Source: a virus
Taxonomy: Duplodnaviria > Heunggongvirae > Uroviricota > Caudoviricetes
IMG/VR virus record: IMGVR_UViG_2740892232_000004
Length of the DNA: 41,358 bases
Strand: one strand, 5' to 3'
Shown here: piece after piece, positions 8,896 through 17,807 of the stretch
Position numbering within the stretch: the first letter of the stretch is position 1
Layout: every line of letters begins with the position of its first letter
Notes under the pieces: generated by a model
What the model saw: the letters and a program-made list of their open reading frames with translations, nothing else
Database searches by the model: none
What the model was told of the DNA's origin: nothing
Program-made: the position numbers and the translations under genes

Positions 8896-8912
8896 ATTAC
8901 CTTAAAGGTAAA
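8896..8912. repeat. Palindromic motif ATTACCT-TAA-AGGTAAA (copy 4)
   Basis: Directly abuts the AGGAGG RBS of the 8924 ORF. Confidence 0.5.
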
Positions 8913-8923
8913 GGAGGCGCGAT

Positions 8924-9091
8924 ATGACAGCGTTGAAAAATCGTACTCAGCACAATGAACAAGCCAAGCAATGCTGGGATGTCATTGGAAAAGTTATGCT
9001 TGGCCGCGCAAGCAAAGAGCGCGACAAGGATATGGTTTACCAGACAGGAACATCTTTCAGCGACTTCAAGGCGGCATTTCGCTCCAAATAG
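8924..9091 (+). CDS. Small hydrophilic protein (55 aa), unknown function
   Basis: Strong AGGAGG RBS 6 nt before ATG; below the ORF-track size cutoff; first gene of a two-gene cassette. Confidence 0.45.
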   Translation: MTALKNRTQHNEQAKQCWDVIGKVMLGRASKERDKDMVYQTGTSFSDFKAAFRSK

Positions 9092-9111
9092 AAGCACATC
9101 AGGAGTTTTCC

Positions 9112-9552
9112 TTGAAGTTTAACATTAGAATATCTAATAGTTTTCTACATGGGGAAAGCAACACCCCTTTCGCTGTAGACGGACCTTTCCTTACTGATGA
9201 TGAAATAAAAATCATACAAAGTTTTTTAGAGGATGTTGCCAATGGAAGGGCGCTTGTTGGAAAAAACAAGCCCTCGTGGGTTGATGATAACCATGATAAA
9301 ATTCCCGGCTCAGACAATTATGAGCAAGAGAATTATTGGCATTATCATTGTGGGCCAACATGGTATCCAAACACATTTAAGAATTATACCATTAACTTAA
9401 ATTTCAACCCTGGCGGAAGGCATTCTAATGAATGCATTCATTATGCAAAAAATGATAATGAAATTGTCATTGTTGGATTTTCAAGAGAACACATACCTTT
9501 CCTTTCATCAGATGGAAACAACAATCCGCTTTTTAATGATGAAGAAGAATAG
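9112..9552 (+). CDS. AT-rich moron protein (146 aa from proposed TTG start), unknown function
   Basis: Visibly lower GC than flanks; AGGAG 6 nt before TTG; no in-frame ATG except the overlapping one at 8971; N/D-rich product with single CGP and C-H pairs. Confidence 0.5.
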   Translation: MKFNIRISNSFLHGESNTPFAVDGPFLTDDEIKIIQSFLEDVANGRALVGKNKPSWVDDNHDKIPGSDNYEQENYWHYHCGPTWYPNTFKNYTINLNFNPGGRHSNECIHYAKNDNEIVIVGFSREHIPFLSSDGNNNPLFNDEEE

Positions 9553-9573
9553 CCCGCGCTGCGGGCTTTTTTG
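9551..9573 (+). terminator. Rho-independent terminator of the moron cassette
   Basis: AGCCCGC-GCT-GCGGGCT followed by T6. Confidence 0.7.
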
Positions 9574-9644
9574 TGGACGAAACAAAAGTCAGTGCTACAC
9601 TCATTGACGCCACATTGAGGTGGCTTATAGATGGAAATTTCACA

Positions 9645-9806
9645 ATGAAAAAAGCATTTGCTGCACTGTTCGTTTTGTTGTCTCTGGTAGCTTCAACTCA
9701 GGCCTTTGCCGGTCGTTGTCAGCACGACAGCGACACTGCTGCTGACGGCTCCCGCTGCGGTGGGCGTTCTGCGGACTCCCGTCCGGGCGGCGGTGGCATT
9801 CGTTAA
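9645..9806 (+). CDS. Small predicted secreted protein (53 aa)
   Basis: Signal-peptide-like N-terminus (MKKAFAALFVLLSLVASTQAFA), Gly-rich mature part with 2 Cys; TTGACG-16-TATAGA promoter-like elements upstream. Confidence 0.3.
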   Translation: MKKAFAALFVLLSLVASTQAFAGRCQHDSDTAADGSRCGGRSADSRPGGGGIR

Positions 9807-9829
9807 AAACAAGGCCGCGAAAGCGGCCT
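9800..9829 (-). terminator. Minus-strand terminator at the end of the virion operon
   Basis: GGCCGC-GAAA-GCGGCC hairpin followed on the minus strand by TTGTTTTT. Confidence 0.5.
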
Positions 9830-9841
9830 GTGACATGTCAC
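9830..9841. repeat. 12-bp perfect palindrome GTGACATGTCAC (copy 1 of 3)
   Basis: Exact copies also at 27026-27037 and 29291-29302. Confidence 0.6.
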
Positions 9842-9848
9842 GCTCACG

Positions 9849-9989
9849 TTATGACAAGCCTATGTACCCTGCTACACCAGATAATATCATAATAACTGCA
9901 ACAGCAAATTCGCCATCGTCAATGATACATTTACGGTTCATAACGCCAAGTGCAACAAGCGCAAACACAACAAGAATAAAAGCAATCAT
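9849..9989 (-). CDS. Small membrane protein (46 aa) at the end of the virion operon
   Basis: AAGGA RBS then ATG immediately after the stop of the 824-aa virion protein; two hydrophobic segments; followed by the minus-strand terminator. Confidence 0.4.
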   Translation of the reverse strand: MIAFILVVFALVALGVMNRKCIIDDGEFAVAVIMILSGVAGYIGLS

Positions 9990-9998
9990 TTCTCATCC

Positions 9999-12473
9999 TT
10001 ATTGCGGAGTGACATCCTGTGGTCGCCACCAGTATGTCTGGTTAAACTCTTTCTTCGAACGTTGCTCCATTTTACGCAAATAACCTGGTGAAAAATACTC
10101 CTGCATCTGGTTAAAGATCATGTGATCGAGAGCCGCCTTCAAGTACCAGAGATTCGCACCTGGCATCAGACCTTTCCCCAGCTTAACCAGATCACCACCA
10201 GTCTGCTCACTCTTCCCTTCCACAGCATTTAACGGTATGCCCTGAGCAATCTTCACTACGTCATCAACCAGACCAGCTACCGGGCCAAGCATCGACGCCA
10301 GCGCGCCGCTTCCGTACCTAGTGTGATCTGACAATAAAAAGTCACCGTAAAGGCCAAGACCACCACCTTTCAGTAGAGCACCAAGCCAAAATTTAGCAGC
10401 ATCTTCTCCTGTCATCTCGCGAGGATTACGACCAGACGCAAGGTCGTTAAGTTGCTGCGACAAAGCGCCAAGAATGGTCGTACTGGCAATAAACGTCGCA
10501 ATATATGCCGCACGCCCACCAGCAGACGGCATACCCATAGCGCGTGACCAGTGACGCATAACCACCGAGATAGGGAACGATTTAAACAGGAAAACACTTC
10601 TCGTTAATTCACCTTTCCATGTTCCACGCTGAATACCAGAACCGGTTATCAGTTGCTCACGTGCTCCCGGTGTAATAACAGCCATATCAACTTCTTCAGT
10701 TACGGCACCGAGCAGTTTACGCATTGCCTCAAATTTCACGCGTTCAGGCTCACCAAGATGTTTAACTGCTGAATCAGGGATACGCATAATGCTTTCCGGT
10801 GTCAGCATCGTATTATTACCGTTCCCCCAGTCCTCCTGTTTCGCCAGCTTCCATACGCTCCAGTCTGTGTCAGTAATCCCTTTGCTTTTCAGGATACGAA
10901 AATCAGAGTCATCGAGGCTACGAAGGTCTGGTGTACGTGACACTACTTCTCCCAGGCTTCCCATCATGGTTACGCCATAGGCGCGCTTGTGCGCATCTGA
11001 CCATGCTGTAAGCCCACTGGCACGCATTACCGCCGTTGCCGCCCAACGAGACACTGACGGCCCCATATTATCCATCGCCCAGCGGTTAACGCTGCCAAGT
11101 AGAGATTCCATCGCCAGACCAGCGCGGCGCGCCCGCGCAAGTTCTGTACGGTTCGTTGGGTCCATAGCTTCAAGCTGGTTGCGGAATAACTGGTTCATTG
11201 GAAGGTTGGTAACCTTCGCAGACAGATACATGGTTCCAAGATCAGAGAACGATGACAGCAACGCGGATCCGAGTCTGCTGGCAACCAGCCAGTTGCGGAT
11301 ATTGTCAGACCATCGCGCGATGTGCGGATTCGCTACAGGCTGTGTCTTTCCGGAAATAAAGTTGTACAGATTCTCTGTGTTGTTCGCCAGCCGCTCGACT
11401 TTACCGGTTTTACTCGGGTTAGCTGTTGCCGTTTCTGCCTTCACCTGATCAAGAAGAGAGCGGAAAACATGATCGGGGTTTGGGCCATATGTTTCCACCA
11501 GTGCAATATCTTTACTGATACCTTCCAGGTGACCGACCATGATTTCCCATAGAGAGCGATCGCCATAAAGTTGCTGATATTGCAGATAGGAATCTGCATC
11601 TTTGAAATGTATCTGTCGTGATGCATTACCACGGTTAGCACGTGCGCCGGAAATTCGCATTCCGGTATCAGTAAGCTTATTCAGCCCACCAGTAGCGATC
11701 GTGTTATAAGCCTCTCCAAGAAATGAAGACAACTCGGCATCGTTCATCAGTTGTCCATCGGCTCGGATATAATATTTGCGATCCAGCTTACCTATAACAT
11801 CGCTAACCCACTTATCCTTTGATACTGCCCCAACCTTTTCCATAGAATGATGTTGAGGGATCCCCCAGTTTTCGAGATAGCCAATGTCCCCACCAGCATC
11901 ATTAAACCGGCGGCGCAGCAGCTCTGTAACTTCTCTCCACGCCTTAGCACCGTTTCTTGCTTTAGCATTGCCAGTATTTTGCCCCCGCATTTCATATACC
12001 AGGTCACGTACGCCCGCTTCATCTTCAAACAGACCAAAAAAGCGAGGATCAACTGCTTCGAATGCCTCCTGCAATTGACTCAATGCATAATCACGGGTGG
12101 CTTTTGTTCTGGATTCAACAGAGAGGAAATTAGATTTACCGTCTGCATTAAAAGCTATAGTACGGTTAAGAGCGCCAAGTTTCCCATCAGCCCCTTGATA
12201 GCTATTGATAAATTTATCCAATCTCTGACGCGCGGCTATAGTGAGAGCCACACGACGTTTCTTTAATGCCGCTTCTCGCTGTAATTCTTCAGATGCCAAT
12301 TGTGCTGCTCGATATAGCCGCTCTGATTCGGAAAGTTGTCTCCACGACATCGGGTCATCACGAGCAATGGAGCGCATATTTCGATAAATGCGGTCTTCAA
12401 TGTTCTGTATTTCTCGCGCCGTTAACGTGCGCTGCGCCGCCTGCTGGACCGCTTGTATACATTCCTGTCTCAT
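9999..12473 (-). CDS. Internal virion / DNA-ejection protein (824 aa)
   Basis: Large ORF in the run of internal virion genes downstream of the tail tubular genes; no catalytic motif recognised. Confidence 0.7.
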   Translation of the reverse strand: MRQECIQAVQQAAQRTLTAREIQNIEDRIYRNMRSIARDDPMSWRQLSESERLYRAAQLASEELQREAALKKRRVALTIAARQRLDKFINSYQGADGKLGALNRTIAFNADGKSNFLSVESRTKATRDYALSQLQEAFEAVDPRFFGLFEDEAGVRDLVYEMRGQNTGNAKARNGAKAWREVTELLRRRFNDAGGDIGYLENWGIPQHHSMEKVGAVSKDKWVSDVIGKLDRKYYIRADGQLMNDAELSSFLGEAYNTIATGGLNKLTDTGMRISGARANRGNASRQIHFKDADSYLQYQQLYGDRSLWEIMVGHLEGISKDIALVETYGPNPDHVFRSLLDQVKAETATANPSKTGKVERLANNTENLYNFISGKTQPVANPHIARWSDNIRNWLVASRLGSALLSSFSDLGTMYLSAKVTNLPMNQLFRNQLEAMDPTNRTELARARRAGLAMESLLGSVNRWAMDNMGPSVSRWAATAVMRASGLTAWSDAHKRAYGVTMMGSLGEVVSRTPDLRSLDDSDFRILKSKGITDTDWSVWKLAKQEDWGNGNNTMLTPESIMRIPDSAVKHLGEPERVKFEAMRKLLGAVTEEVDMAVITPGAREQLITGSGIQRGTWKGELTRSVFLFKSFPISVVMRHWSRAMGMPSAGGRAAYIATFIASTTILGALSQQLNDLASGRNPREMTGEDAAKFWLGALLKGGGLGLYGDFLLSDHTRYGSGALASMLGPVAGLVDDVVKIAQGIPLNAVEGKSEQTGGDLVKLGKGLMPGANLWYLKAALDHMIFNQMQEYFSPGYLRKMEQRSKKEFNQTYWWRPQDVTPQ

Positions 12474-12478
12474 TTAAT

Positions 12479-14281
12479 TTAACCTCTCAAGAAACACGCC
12501 ACAGCGACATCAAACAGGCTGGAATCCTGTATTGCCTGCTCACTTTCCCTGTTCGCTTCATCCAGTACTTCACGCGCGCTGCGCGATTGTGGATTACCAT
12601 CATCATCCAGCACGGTGATTATCATGTCCGGATATTCAAGCAGCGAGTCTTCAGCTATACGCAGATCAATATCTCCTGCCGGATCTGCCATCATTTTTTG
12701 TTCTGTCTGTTGCAATATCTTACCGGGATCAAAAGGAGCTACTTCGTCTGGCGTCCTGACCTCTGCTGTTTTATAGAATGAAACAGCCTGAGCATTAAGT
12801 TCACTTTCTGCCTGCTGTCTCCGAGCCAGTTCTGCTCGAGCTTCAAAAAACTGACCGCCAGGCTCATGCGGTGCCAACGCGTTACGGGAAAATTCCAGGC
12901 GTTCTTGTGCCTGCCGGATTCGTTGGTCAATATCCCGAAGTCTGGCCTGTTTATCTGATCGAGCACGAGACAAAGCTTTACCGCTACCGGCTGGATCTTC
13001 TGCAAGAATTTGTGCGCGCTGTTCAGTGAGATTTTCAATAATTCGTTGGCTATTAGCGATTTCAGACTGGTAAACCTGTCTATCGCCACGCGGCAAAAGC
13101 TGCGCGGCCTGTTCTTCAAGCAACCGATTTTCTATAGCGCGCGCCGTTACTCCATCATCTACAGATGACAGAGCCTCATTAACTGCCTGAGACAGCAGAC
13201 TCTTGCGTCCAGGAATTTCACTGAAAGATGCAGACTCAACAATGCTGGCAACGTCTACAGGTCTCCCCTGGCTAACATCAGACATGGCTTTTCGCAGAGC
13301 CTGAATGTGCGAATTACGCGAAAGCACGTTGATCGGCACGCCGGGAGCAATATCAATTTCAGCATGATGAGCGGCATTCGCCGCCAGTGCAGCATCGATA
13401 TCAACTGGTGAAAAATTTGGTGCGCTTGTAGACTCGCCGCGAGAGTTAATAAATCTGCCGACACCACCAAACGCCACCCCAAGAACAGCATCAATAGCAA
13501 TTGCCTGTCGATCCAACACATCATACTGGTTAGCCATTTCGCTATAGCCACCATCACGAAGCGTTTTTGCAGTAAGCCCACGCTGTGCCATACCGAACGC
13601 AATATTTGTACCTGCGGCATAGGCAATATCTGGCGTTGCACGTACTGCTGTTGCTGCGGCGCGTCGCACTGAACTTTCACCCGTCCGCGCAAGCTGAGCC
13701 GCCACACCTTCCGCCAGCGCACCACCAGCACGTAACCCGAGGCTCATAGGGATCAGTGTTCCGGCACCAGCAGTAATACCCTGCACTAATCCCGCTTCCT
13801 GCGCCGTCCTGAAATCAACACCCTGTGCTGTAAGCCGTTCAAACTCAGAAAAACCCTGTAGAGAAGTTACCGCCGCAGCACCTCCGACCGGACCACCGAG
13901 CGTTGTACCGACAACAGCCTGCCCGCCCATATCGAACAACCCATAAAGGACCTGCCCGGCGGTTCCGGTTGTCGCGGCATCAGGCGTCAGCCGCTTAACC
14001 TGCTGCTCTGCTAGTTTTCTCTGCTCAGCAATGTATGAAACTGAAGTGTCATTGATCGAGGTGTTTTCGTTAACAAACTGAGCAATCGGGGATACGATTT
14101 TATCCATCCCTGCCCATAGCAACTGATCTGGCTTTGCCACCAGCCCGGAGTACAAACCAGACAATGCCGCTCCTACAGCATTGTCGAAAAAACCAACATC
14201 GCTGTTAAAGCCAGCTGGATTTGATGCTGCTTCGTCAAGCTGCTGATTCTGGTTTACTGGATTAAGGCCAAAGTAACTCAT
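12479..14281 (-). CDS. Internal virion protein (600 aa)
   Basis: Gly/Ala-rich N-terminal half, coiled-coil C-terminal half; position in virion operon. Confidence 0.65.
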   Translation of the reverse strand: MSYFGLNPVNQNQQLDEAASNPAGFNSDVGFFDNAVGAALSGLYSGLVAKPDQLLWAGMDKIVSPIAQFVNENTSINDTSVSYIAEQRKLAEQQVKRLTPDAATTGTAGQVLYGLFDMGGQAVVGTTLGGPVGGAAAVTSLQGFSEFERLTAQGVDFRTAQEAGLVQGITAGAGTLIPMSLGLRAGGALAEGVAAQLARTGESSVRRAAATAVRATPDIAYAAGTNIAFGMAQRGLTAKTLRDGGYSEMANQYDVLDRQAIAIDAVLGVAFGGVGRFINSRGESTSAPNFSPVDIDAALAANAAHHAEIDIAPGVPINVLSRNSHIQALRKAMSDVSQGRPVDVASIVESASFSEIPGRKSLLSQAVNEALSSVDDGVTARAIENRLLEEQAAQLLPRGDRQVYQSEIANSQRIIENLTEQRAQILAEDPAGSGKALSRARSDKQARLRDIDQRIRQAQERLEFSRNALAPHEPGGQFFEARAELARRQQAESELNAQAVSFYKTAEVRTPDEVAPFDPGKILQQTEQKMMADPAGDIDLRIAEDSLLEYPDMIITVLDDDGNPQSRSAREVLDEANRESEQAIQDSSLFDVAVACFLRG

Positions 14282-16791
14282 TGCGGAATATCTCCGGAGA
14301 ATCTCTGACGCTTCTGTGTCAGATTAAGAACAACGGGAGAACCATCATCTTTCAGCAGATAACCAGTACCAAGTTTCACCAGGTACTGACTATCGCCGTA
14401 ACTTTGCAAACCATACTGACCAGGCGGTGTTTTTATCCCGGAGCCGACAACTTGTTCATTCCAAGCCTGATTAACCTGCTTATCGAATTGCTCTGCAGAC
14501 ATTCCCCACGGCAAAAGGACATTCCCCATTCCGTTATAGTCATGCACGCCACCTGTAGCTACGTTAACAGCCTGTTTCCAGACATCATTGTCAATTTCGC
14601 CTGATACCACGCCTTTTTTCGCCATCACACCAGCGTAATAATCCTTTGCGATCTCGTATGCCATTGATGCGCCCTGAGCGTCACCAGCAAATGCATCCTT
14701 CACCATGTCAGAAAACTCAAGGCGAAGATCAGCATCTTTAGGCATCGGAATACCTTTCGCATCATCAGTACCTTTACGAGCCGCCGCGCCAGCAAGAATT
14801 GTCTGCGCAGCGGTTTCAGGAGACACGGAAACATCCGGATTAAACCAGTTTTTTTCTGCCAAAATACCACCAGGCTTATCCATCAGTATCCCGGCAACGG
14901 CAGCAGATGGAGCGTTGGCACTGATCTGCTGTAGTGCTGACATATACACCTGCCCACCACCAGTGCTCTGCCTGATGGTATCGAGATATGCTGCCTGTTG
15001 GGAAACTGGAGCATCACGAAAGAAAACACCGATCTGATTGGCCTCGTCTTTGGAAAAGAACGTCAGTGGAGTGCCATATGACTTAGCAAGGTCACTGACC
15101 TGAGCGGCACGCAAGGCAACGCTCTGTCCAAAGTTATCCTTATTGCTCATGTCGATAGGCTTTGCCTGTCGGGAGGCAAGAGAGAACTGCACAGGATCCG
15201 ACTGCCGCTGCTTTATCACCTGATTTGCAGCCGAAACAACGTTGTCATAAAGAGTTGCGCGTGCCGCATACCCCTCCCCTGTATCACCAGTATCCGGGCG
15301 TAATTGCTCAACATATGCTGTAATGCTGCTTGTCGGCATGTTGCGGAAAGAGCCTATATACTGTCCGGCGATCTGCGTATTCTTAAACTCGGTATATCGC
15401 AGGTTTCCTTCTCTGACTCCATAAGCTGCAATAAAATCATCCTCACCAGGTGGGTTAGGAAATTCAATGCCACGCATATACGCAGCCGTCGCATCGCGAA
15501 CCCGGCTGTCGAGCATCGTTTTATATTCAGCCTGCTGTTGTCTGGCTAGTGCATCAGTCTGTCGCAACACGCTGGCCTGATCTGATTCACTTAAAGCATC
15601 GAACCAGGCTACACCGGTATAACGTTTATTTTTTGTCGGTAGCTGAGAAAGCCCCAGCGCAGCACTAACACCTGCAGTTAACTGCTGATCACTGTATGGC
15701 TGGCTACCGTTTTCATGATGGATAATGGCTGCACAAAGCGCCTTCAGGGTATCAGGATTTGATGCATCGAGAGGCTCATCAGCAGAAACGCCAAGTTGTT
15801 CGCACACTGCTTTGATATACGACATAGTGTCATTTTTATCAGTAGGCGGTGCCCAGCGATTAATTATCTCGCTGACGGTATCAATACCCTGCCGCTGATA
15901 CGACATCAGGTTCCGCCCTAATGCACGAATACCGTGTTCAGGGGTTTCGAATTTGGCAAAGCGACCATCATCACCAGTCTGCCCAACCCACGGATTAGTT
16001 TTGCTGTATTCAAGATTGCCGGGGTTATTGTTGCGTATACCGCGGGTACGATCGGAAGAGCCACTATCTGCTACAGCACGGCGAGAACCAGCAGCAGTAT
16101 CGCTTAACTCGCCGTTTTGCTGTCTTACCTGAAGATAGTTTGCTCCAATAGCATTTTGAGCAGTTGCTTTTGCTGTTGCTTCTTTAAACTCGATTTTCTT
16201 GGCCTGGATTTGCTCGTCACTCCAGCCATGTGCAATGCCGTAATCCTCAATTTGCTGGAAAGTTTGCTTATTAGCCAATACGTATGCGGCGTTGTCGCCA
16301 TACAATGCTGCGGCATTTTTACCATTGTTCAGCAGCGTAGCCTGAAACTGGCCTTCTTCGTAGGCATTTATTTGCCCTATCTCGTGCCGCCCGGCCTGCG
16401 TAGTGAACTGAATGCGCTGCTGCTGCGCCTGCTGCATGAAAGCATTACGAGCCTGTTCATCCGGCAGCGACATAGCCAGTTGTTCGACCTGAGCATCAAA
16501 CTGCTGCGTATACTCCTGACCTTTTCCAATAGCATTTTTCCCTTTCAGGTTAAGCAAACCTGTTTCAGGGTTATTCAGCAGATCGCTGCTTATCTGGCTT
16601 AAGCTAAGAGAAGCATCCTGAGCCATAGCAACATTCGCACGCTGTTTTGCCTGCGCAATAATACCTGCATATTGCTCTGCAACATCGCCAAGTACATCAC
16701 CGACATTTGGTGTCTGAAACGATGAGAATCCCTGCGTCGAAATCCCTCTGCTCTGAACCTGACGGCCCGATGTTGTTGGTACAACTGGCAT
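14278..16791 (-). CDS. Internal virion protein with putative peptidoglycan-hydrolase-type motif
   Basis: 837 aa; segment GIRNNNPGNLEY…WVG…FAKFETPEHGIRA resembles motifs I recall from virion-associated cell-wall hydrolase domains (uncertain). Confidence 0.65.
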   Translation of the reverse strand: MPVVPTTSGRQVQSRGISTQGFSSFQTPNVGDVLGDVAEQYAGIIAQAKQRANVAMAQDASLSLSQISSDLLNNPETGLLNLKGKNAIGKGQEYTQQFDAQVEQLAMSLPDEQARNAFMQQAQQQRIQFTTQAGRHEIGQINAYEEGQFQATLLNNGKNAAALYGDNAAYVLANKQTFQQIEDYGIAHGWSDEQIQAKKIEFKEATAKATAQNAIGANYLQVRQQNGELSDTAAGSRRAVADSGSSDRTRGIRNNNPGNLEYSKTNPWVGQTGDDGRFAKFETPEHGIRALGRNLMSYQRQGIDTVSEIINRWAPPTDKNDTMSYIKAVCEQLGVSADEPLDASNPDTLKALCAAIIHHENGSQPYSDQQLTAGVSAALGLSQLPTKNKRYTGVAWFDALSESDQASVLRQTDALARQQQAEYKTMLDSRVRDATAAYMRGIEFPNPPGEDDFIAAYGVREGNLRYTEFKNTQIAGQYIGSFRNMPTSSITAYVEQLRPDTGDTGEGYAARATLYDNVVSAANQVIKQRQSDPVQFSLASRQAKPIDMSNKDNFGQSVALRAAQVSDLAKSYGTPLTFFSKDEANQIGVFFRDAPVSQQAAYLDTIRQSTGGGQVYMSALQQISANAPSAAVAGILMDKPGGILAEKNWFNPDVSVSPETAAQTILAGAAARKGTDDAKGIPMPKDADLRLEFSDMVKDAFAGDAQGASMAYEIAKDYYAGVMAKKGVVSGEIDNDVWKQAVNVATGGVHDYNGMGNVLLPWGMSAEQFDKQVNQAWNEQVVGSGIKTPPGQYGLQSYGDSQYLVKLGTGYLLKDDGSPVVLNLTQKRQRFSGDIPQ

Positions 16792-16803
16792 CTTATTATC
16801 CCC

Positions 16804-17343
16804 TTATCGACCGGTTGGAGTGCCAACAGCAGCAGAAATCGGCGCAGCCTTCTGAGAGAACGGGCTCCACGTTCCGCCGCCCATCTGGTATGCACCGTAT
16901 GCTTTTAGTGGTGCCGTTAACAAAGTGCTGGTCATCGATGATTTAGCAGCCGACTGAGCAGCAGCCCCCTGTGCCTGAGCATTCATTCCCTGAACCTGAT
17001 ACCCATATGCCTCACGCTGAGCATTATTCACTGTCGTTAACGCATCAAGAGTGCCGAACTGAGCATTATCCGCAAAAACGTCAAGAGCTGTTCCGCTACT
17101 TAATTCCGCACCGGTAGCCCCCATAGTGGCCGCCGCAGTGCCTGAGCGTTGACGCATTTCACGACGACGCTGATCCGCTTCAATATTCCCACGATTGATT
17201 GAATCCTGTGCCTGAGCTTCAGCAATTTCAGCATTCCGATCAGCTATGGCTGACTGGTATTTTGCCTGCTTGCTCTGGCTGTACATTGACGCGGCTGTGG
17301 ATGCCACTGTGACGGCAACCAAAGCGATGGCTGGGTTACACAT
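16804..17343 (-). CDS. Virion-associated protein (179 aa)
   Basis: Position between tail tubular B-like gene and large internal virion genes; Ala/Gln-rich. Confidence 0.55.
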   Translation of the reverse strand: MCNPAIALVAVTVASTAASMYSQSKQAKYQSAIADRNAEIAEAQAQDSINRGNIEADQRRREMRQRSGTAAATMGATGAELSSGTALDVFADNAQFGTLDALTTVNNAQREAYGYQVQGMNAQAQGAAAQSAAKSSMTSTLLTAPLKAYGAYQMGGGTWSPFSQKAAPISAAVGTPTGR

Positions 17344-17807
17344 TATTTTCTCTCCATGTGAAATCTGTGGAAATTAAGACCAAGAGCACCATAAGGCGCG
17401 GCTTCTTCAAGCCTGAATCCAAGCCAGTGCAGCCATGCTTTGGCAACATGGTTTCGCTCGTCGACGTAGTTTTCCAGGCGCGGATAAACTGCCAGCATCT
17501 GCTGCAATACAGGGCGGCAGTGGCGAAGAAATGTCTTCTGATATTTTTCAATACGGCTGGTTCCTACCAGCCAGGGCGTACCATTGCCACCGATCATTGA
17601 CGCCGGAGATACGCCAAACATGGTTACCAGTTCTCCGTTCGCAAATCCTGACCAGGCCATAGTCGCAGTACGCAGACCAACACGCAGCGCATCTTCGGTA
17701 GTCATCAGTGATACCGCATACAGTTCGTCAATATCAGCCTGACGAACATCCGGCAAAATCATCTGAAGATGCTCTTCGGTTGCGGGAATAATTTGAACAT
17801 CGATCAT
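17343..17807 (-). CDS. Virion-associated protein (154 aa)
   Basis: Start/stop coupled to flanking genes; unknown function. Confidence 0.55.
   Translation of the reverse strand: MIDVQIIPATEEHLQMILPDVRQADIDELYAVSLMTTEDALRVGLRTATMAWSGFANGELVTMFGVSPASMIGGNGTPWLVGTSRIEKYQKTFLRHCRPVLQQMLAVYPRLENYVDERNHVAKAWLHWLGFRLEEAAPYGALGLNFHRFHMERK

Noticed and set aside
8971-9552. 193-aa ORF starting at ATG 8971 as a single gene
   Set aside because: Its first 40 codons overlap the well-supported 8924-9091 ORF in another frame, and the composition changes sharply at about 9100; a TTG start at 9112 with an AGGAG RBS is preferred, though this is uncertain.
9830-9841. GTGACATGTCAC as a CRP binding site
   Set aside because: CRP half-sites TGTGA/TCACA are separated by 6 bp in the consensus; here the spacing is 4 bp, so the match is coincidental.
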